DNA of 64,000 nucleotides from a virus (Duplodnaviria; Caudoviricetes): IMG/VR virus record IMGVR_UViG_3300049456_000054, positions 2,053 to 66,052 of that record; one strand, 5' to 3'. Shown piece by piece: positions 59,509 to 64,000 of this stretch (position 1 is its first letter; each line of letters starts with the position of its first letter). The notes under the pieces were generated by a model. It saw only the letters and a program-made list of their open reading frames with translations, ran no database searches and was not told where the DNA came from. The position numbers and the translations under genes were made by a program.

Positions 59509-60126
59509 TCACGCCCCGCGGCGGGCTGCGGCGCGGCCGCGGCTTAACGCGCTCGTCGCGCCGGTGCCGGAGTCGCCGTCACGGCCCGCGGCGCGGCGGC
59601 GCAGGTCCGCGATGAACCACACCCGGGCATCGATGTCGAGCCGCGCGCCGATGCCGTCCCACGCCTTGGCGTCGTCGGGTGCGTCGGGGAACAGCTGGCG
59701 GCCGGACGGGTTGGGGGTGCCCCGGGCGCGCAGGAGGCCCAGCCGTCCCTGGATCTCGTCGAAATAGGTGCGGTCGGAGGCGGCCCGGGCCGGGTCCAGC
59801 GGCGGCGCCTCGTCGGGCGGCGCGGGCGGGACGGCGGCCGGGACCAGGTCGTCGGCTTCGCCGCGCAGCACGGCCAGCACCGACTCGTACGTGACCGCGT
59901 ACCCCCGCGCGATCAGCTGCAGCGTCCCCGGCATGAACGTGTTGACCCGCTCCTTGGCGGCCTTCTCGATGTCGGCGGCAAGCCGCGTGTTGACGCCGTG
60001 GTCGCGCTCGAACGTCTTCCGGTAGGTGTGGCCGAGGGTCCGGCGGCGCAGTTCCAGCTGGCTGCCGAGCAGGACCCACCTGTCGTATGGCGCTGTAGCT
60101 GCGGACCGTCTCCGGTTGGCTGGCAT
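59509..60126 (-). CDS. probable immunity repressor (XRE-like)
   Basis: LGSQLELRRRTLG...LAADIEK...TLQLIARGY; divergent from the Cro-like gene. Confidence 0.6.
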   Translation of the reverse strand: MPANRRRSAATAPYDRWVLLGSQLELRRRTLGHTYRKTFERDHGVNTRLAADIEKAAKERVNTFMPGTLQLIARGYAVTYESVLAVLRGEADDLVPAAVPPAPPDEAPPLDPARAASDRTYFDEIQGRLGLLRARGTPNPSGRQLFPDAPDDAKAWDGIGARLDIDARVWFIADLRRRAAGRDGDSGTGATSALSRGRAAARRGA

Positions 60127-60303
60127 CGGTGCTGTGTCCCCTTTGCGCCGAGATGTACCGCCCCGTACTGACTTTGGACGCCGGAGCGGTTGCCGTCAAG
60201 TAACCGGCATCATACAAGGAATAAGCGCAGCGTAGACCGCATCTCGCAGAGTTACCGCAGACATCTCGCCGATACCGCTAGCCGGGATTTATCTGCGGTT
60301 GGG

Positions 60304-60333
60304 TTGACGGCACATGGAAATGGGGCCTATGGT
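60304..60333 (+). promoter_or_regulatory. early rightward promoter (leaderless)
   Basis: TTGACG-18 nt-TATGGT, ATG 6 nt downstream. Confidence 0.65.
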
Positions 60334-60339
60334 CTCCAC

Positions 60340-60618
60340 ATGCCAGACATACCGAGCGCAGTGCCGGACAAGGTCAAGATCCGCGCGCTGATCCGGAGGC
60401 GCGGCGACACCATCACCGACTTCGCCCGGGAGATCGGCATCCCCCGGGACAAGATCTGGGACATCACCAGCCGGGGCACGCCCAGGCCGGTCGCCGTCAG
60501 GACTCTCAAGCCGATCGCCCGCGGACTCCGCGTCAGGCTGAGCGACATCAGCGACTGGGCCGGCGACGACATCGACGACATCGAGAGCGGCGCGGAGACG
60601 AAGATCCCGGCCGCCTAG
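60340..60618 (+). CDS. Cro-like HTH protein
   Basis: IRALIRRRGDTITDFAREIGI...LKPIARGLRVRLSDI. Confidence 0.7.
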   Translation: MPDIPSAVPDKVKIRALIRRRGDTITDFAREIGIPRDKIWDITSRGTPRPVAVRTLKPIARGLRVRLSDISDWAGDDIDDIESGAETKIPAA

Positions 60619-60622
60619 ACGC

Positions 60623-60653
60623 AAAAAAAGGGGCGCCGCTGACACGGCGCCCC
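60623..60653 (-). terminator. terminator-like hairpin
   Basis: GGGGCGCCG/CGGCGCCCC stem with T7 on the minus strand. Confidence 0.55.
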
Positions 60654-60711
60654 AAGGGAGGCGGGACCATCCCGCTTCCAAAGGTAACAAATGATGGAGG
60701 GACCACCCTAA

Positions 60712-61590
60712 GTGACATCCCCGAGATTCCGCCGGCACCGCAACCCAGACGGACGGCGCCCCGACTTCACCGGCGACGGCCGCGACATCACCCAAGCCCT
60801 CCAGGACGCCGGGCCGCCCGACTGGGACGGCACCACGATGCCCCTGTCCGCCCTGCGCAGCCAGCCCCGCTACACGCCGGCCGTCACCCCGGCCGAGGAC
60901 TACCGGCAGGCCATCGCCCACGCCGGCGCCGAACCCGGCAACCCGCCGGGGAGCGGGTACTTCAGCGGCATCGGCCCCGGCGCCGTGACCTGGCATCCCG
61001 GCCAGTACCCGCCGGACCCCGGACCCGCCGCCGCGCCGCTCGCCATGCTCCGCGCCCGGCCGCACGGCCCGGACATGTTCCCCGCCCTGCCCGGTCCCCC
61101 GCCCGCCCCCGTCGGCTACGAGGTCACCGGCCGGGAGACAGGGCGAGGCTGGCCGCACCTGTTCGAACTGCGCTGCGCCTACCCCGCCGCCCTCGCCGAA
61201 ACCCCCATCCCCTGCGACTCCGTCCACCGCGACGCCGGCGCGCTCTCGTTCCGGGCGCTGCGGCGGTCCGCGCAGGCCGCCGGATGGCACATGGACAGGC
61301 TCGAGCAGTGGGTGTGCCCCCGCTGCTGCCAGGTCAACCCGGAGTACCGGACGCTGTACTCGGTCACCCTCTACGACATCCAGGCTGCCGAGGCGTACGT
61401 CTCCGGGGACTGGCTCGGGTCGGCGGCGGACTGGCTGGAACAGGACGACTGCCCCCCGGACTCCGAGTACGGCGAGTGGGTCGCTGCCGCCGGCGTCGAG
61501 GTCGCTGCCCGGGCCAGCGCCGAGCACGACCTGTTCCGCTGCGCGCGTGACGTCGCCCGGCGCGGACGGCACGCGGCGGTGACACGGTGA
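60712..61590 (+). CDS. hypothetical early protein
   Basis: GGAGG RBS; Pro-rich N-terminus, GW...WVCPRC. Confidence 0.55.
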   Translation: MTSPRFRRHRNPDGRRPDFTGDGRDITQALQDAGPPDWDGTTMPLSALRSQPRYTPAVTPAEDYRQAIAHAGAEPGNPPGSGYFSGIGPGAVTWHPGQYPPDPGPAAAPLAMLRARPHGPDMFPALPGPPPAPVGYEVTGRETGRGWPHLFELRCAYPAALAETPIPCDSVHRDAGALSFRALRRSAQAAGWHMDRLEQWVCPRCCQVNPEYRTLYSVTLYDIQAAEAYVSGDWLGSAADWLEQDDCPPDSEYGEWVAAAGVEVAARASAEHDLFRCARDVARRGRHAAVTR

Positions 61591-61871
61591 CCGCCGTCAG
61601 CGTCACAGCCGAGCACATCGCCAGGGGCGTACCCCGGTCCGCCTTCTCCTGCCCCGTGGCCTACGCCCTCGAGGAGGCCTTCCCCGGCACGGACTGCTAC
61701 GCGGGCAGGGACAACCTGACCGTGTACGACAGCGACAGCGGCGGCGGCCTCCGGATGCGGGTGCGGGTCCCGCACCCGGACAGCGTCCTGAAGTTCATCA
61801 GGGCGTTCGACTCCGACCAGCCCGTCGAGCCGTTCACGTTCGAGCTGGACTACCCGGCGGCGACGCGATGA
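61587..61871 (+). CDS. hypothetical protein
   Basis: VTAEHI..G...CPVAYAL...FD...VEPF. Confidence 0.6.
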   Translation: MTAVSVTAEHIARGVPRSAFSCPVAYALEEAFPGTDCYAGRDNLTVYDSDSGGGLRMRVRVPHPDSVLKFIRAFDSDQPVEPFTFELDYPAATR

Positions 61872-62064
61872 GCTGGAGTGACTGCCAGGTCCTGTGGCCC
61901 GGTGAGCCCGTGCAATGCCAGTGCGCCCGCACCGTCGTCGCCTCGATCGAGGAAACCCTGGACTGCCCGCGCGGCTGGAAATGGGTACCCGGCACCGGCT
62001 GGGTCCACAGCTGGCCACGGCCGATGCGGCGCGCCCAGCTCAGCGAGACCGCGCAGGCGGCATC

Positions 62065-62379
62065 GTGAACGGCCCGGACTACGCCGCACGCGCGGCGGCA
62101 GGCGCGGTGTTCCTCGACGGGCAGATACCCGGCTGGGCCGGGCAGGTCGAGCTGGCCACGCTCCTCCTGTCCAGCGAATGCCGGTGCGTCCTCGGCCAGC
62201 TCAGCGACGGCGCCGGCTACCACGGCATGCGGGACGACCTCGCCATCGGCATGGACGCCGCCGTGGAACTCGGCTTCGCGCTGAGCATGGACGACGGCTG
62301 GGAAGACTGGGCCGAGCTCGACGCCGCGTGGGCCCGCGAGATCGTCACCCGCCGCGAAGCCGCGCAGGCGGCATCGTGA
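62065..62379 (+). CDS. hypothetical protein flanked by direct repeats
   Basis: GAVFLD..PGW...CVLGQL; GTGA overlaps at both ends. Confidence 0.6.
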   Translation: MNGPDYAARAAAGAVFLDGQIPGWAGQVELATLLLSSECRCVLGQLSDGAGYHGMRDDLAIGMDAAVELGFALSMDDGWEDWAELDAAWAREIVTRREAAQAAS

Positions 62380-62746
62380 ACGGGCCGGACAACTTTAGCG
62401 AGGCCAACGACATCCTCCTCGGCGACGCGTGCAGCTACGGCTGCCCCCACGCCGGATGCGTCCACGAGATGGCCATGATCGGCCGCGCCATCGCGCACGC
62501 CATCCAGGCGAACACCGCCGCCGTCATCGGCCGCGGCAGCCTGACGCCCGCCGCCCGGCACGAGTGGCAGACGGCCATCGACCCGGAGTACGCCGCCAGG
62601 CAAGGCCCGCCACTGTGCCGCGCACACCCGGACGACTGCCCGAACGGTCCCGGGCCGCACGCCTACTACAACCCGCCGGAGCTCGAAGGGCGATGCCCGT
62701 GCTGCGTCCAGCCCGGAGACTCCGCGCAGCCAACAGGGGGAACATC

Positions 62747-64000
62747 ATGACCACCACCGACATCGCGCCCTACGCGGGCGGACAGGCCGAGGCATACCAG
62801 GCGCGGATGATCATGACGCCCGAGGACGCCAAGGCCCTCGACGAGCAGGTACGCGCCTGCACCAAAGCCGTCCTCCGGGAAGGCACCGACTTCGGGCACA
62901 TCCCCGGCACCAACGGCGAAGAGAAGAGCCTGTGGCGCCCCGGCGCCCAGAAGCTCCTCCAGTGGTTCGGGCTCAGCTGCAGCTGCGAACGCGTCGAAGT
63001 CGAGCGCGACGACGACGGGCGCAAGCACGGCATCACCTACCGCGCCATCGTCGCCAGGCGCCTCCCCGACGGCACCCTCGACATCAAGGCCACCTGCGAA
63101 GGCACCGCCGACTACGACGAGAGCAAGTTCTACCAGTCCGCCGCGCAGGTCCAGGACAAGGCCGAGGCCAGGGAACGGAAGTTCGCCAAGCAGGACGGGC
63201 GCGTAGCCAACCCCACCAAGTGGAAGGGTGATCCCGACCGCGGCATCCCGGCGCCGGGCGAATACCGGGCGGACTGGAACGCGCTCATGAAGCGCGCCCA
63301 GAAGCGGGCCATCGTCGGCGCCGTCGTCGACGCCACCGCCGCCGGGGGCATCTTCTCCGACCGGGAAGAAGACGACAGCCCGGCCCCGGCACCGCAGGAC
63401 GACGGCCCGGGCTTCTACGAGCAGGCGATCGGGGCCGCCCTCACCTTCACCGACGTGGAAGCCGCGCGGGGGATGTACACCGGCGCCGCCCAGGCCCACA
63501 GGGACGGCCTCATCACGCGCCGCCAGCAAGACCACATCCAGAACACCCTGGCGCAGCGCGAGAAGCTGCTCAAGAAAGCCACCCCGGTTGACGTCGAAGA
63601 CCTCGCCCGCCAGGCCGGAGACGGCGCGGCGCGGCGGGAGACGGCAGCGGCGGGAGATGACACCCGCAGCCAGCCGCGCGTCGACAGCCCCGCAAGGGCC
63701 GCTAGCAGCGGGACCACTGGTGAAAGCACGGCGCGGGATGATGTCCCCAGGGCTGCCGGGGCCGCGCCGTCTCGGGGTGCGCAGCCGCTCCCGCCGCTGC
63801 CCGCCGAAGACGAGCCGGGGCTCATGGCCGAAGACGAGCCCGGATCCATCAGCGACGCCCAGCTGACCAAGCTGCACACCGTACTGACCGGGCTCGGATT
63901 CGGCAGCCAGGACCGTGAGCAGAAACTCGTCCTCGCCGAGGTCATCACCGGCCGCGCCCCGCTGCACGGGCCCTTCCCCGGCCGGTCCAGCAGGAACCTG
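62747..64000 (+). CDS. putative ssDNA-annealing/recombination protein (runs off the window)
   Basis: LREGTDFGHIPGT...LWRPGAQKL and NALMKRAQKRAIVGAV motifs; GGGGG RBS. Confidence 0.5.
   Translation, partial: MTTTDIAPYAGGQAEAYQARMIMTPEDAKALDEQVRACTKAVLREGTDFGHIPGTNGEEKSLWRPGAQKLLQWFGLSCSCERVEVERDDDGRKHGITYRAIVARRLPDGTLDIKATCEGTADYDESKFYQSAAQVQDKAEARERKFAKQDGRVANPTKWKGDPDRGIPAPGEYRADWNALMKRAQKRAIVGAVVDATAAGGIFSDREEDDSPAPAPQDDGPGFYEQAIGAALTFTDVEAARGMYTGAAQAHRDGLITRRQQDHIQNTLAQREKLLKKATPVDVEDLARQAGDGAARRETAAAGDDTRSQPRVDSPARAASSGTTGESTARDDVPRAAGAAPSRGAQPLPPLPAEDEPGLMAEDEPGSISDAQLTKLHTVLTGLGFGSQDREQKLVLAEVITGRAPLHGPFPGRSSRNL

Noticed and set aside
60289-63967. Long minus-strand ORFs 60289-61572 and 62666-63967
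   Set aside because: Shadows of the coupled plus-strand early genes

Overview
A 64-kb stretch of a high-GC temperate actinomycete siphovirus. An intact attP (3' half of tRNA-Arg(ACG) flanked by arm repeats) suggests the free or excised form rather than a prophage. Left to right: end of an early operon, attP, integrase and excisionases (2.2-5.6 kb); a long minus-strand late operon (44.5 kb down to 6.5 kb) with split terminase, portal, protease, capsid, virion proteins, tail, tape measure, GH5 hydrolase, holin and endolysin, interrupted by many counter-oriented single-gene morons; an FtsK/TraB plus membrane-protein module resembling actinomycete conjugative elements (47-57 kb); and a repressor/Cro switch with the start of the early operon. 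The main discovery is that the HK97-fold major capsid gene is split into four exons by three related, ORF-less group I introns (275, 293, 273 nt). Each has a U.G 5' splice pair, a terminal G, P1/P10 guide pairing and covarying P4/P7, and splicing restores a 486-aa capsid. In all three, translation into the unspliced intron stops in frame after an ssrA-like tail (KEKVAA*, EAKHDFALAA*, QFELAA*), suggesting intron-encoded degradation tags. A free-standing HNH gene with a hairpin-occluded RBS lies directly downstream. All calls are from reading the sequence by eye; no searches were run.
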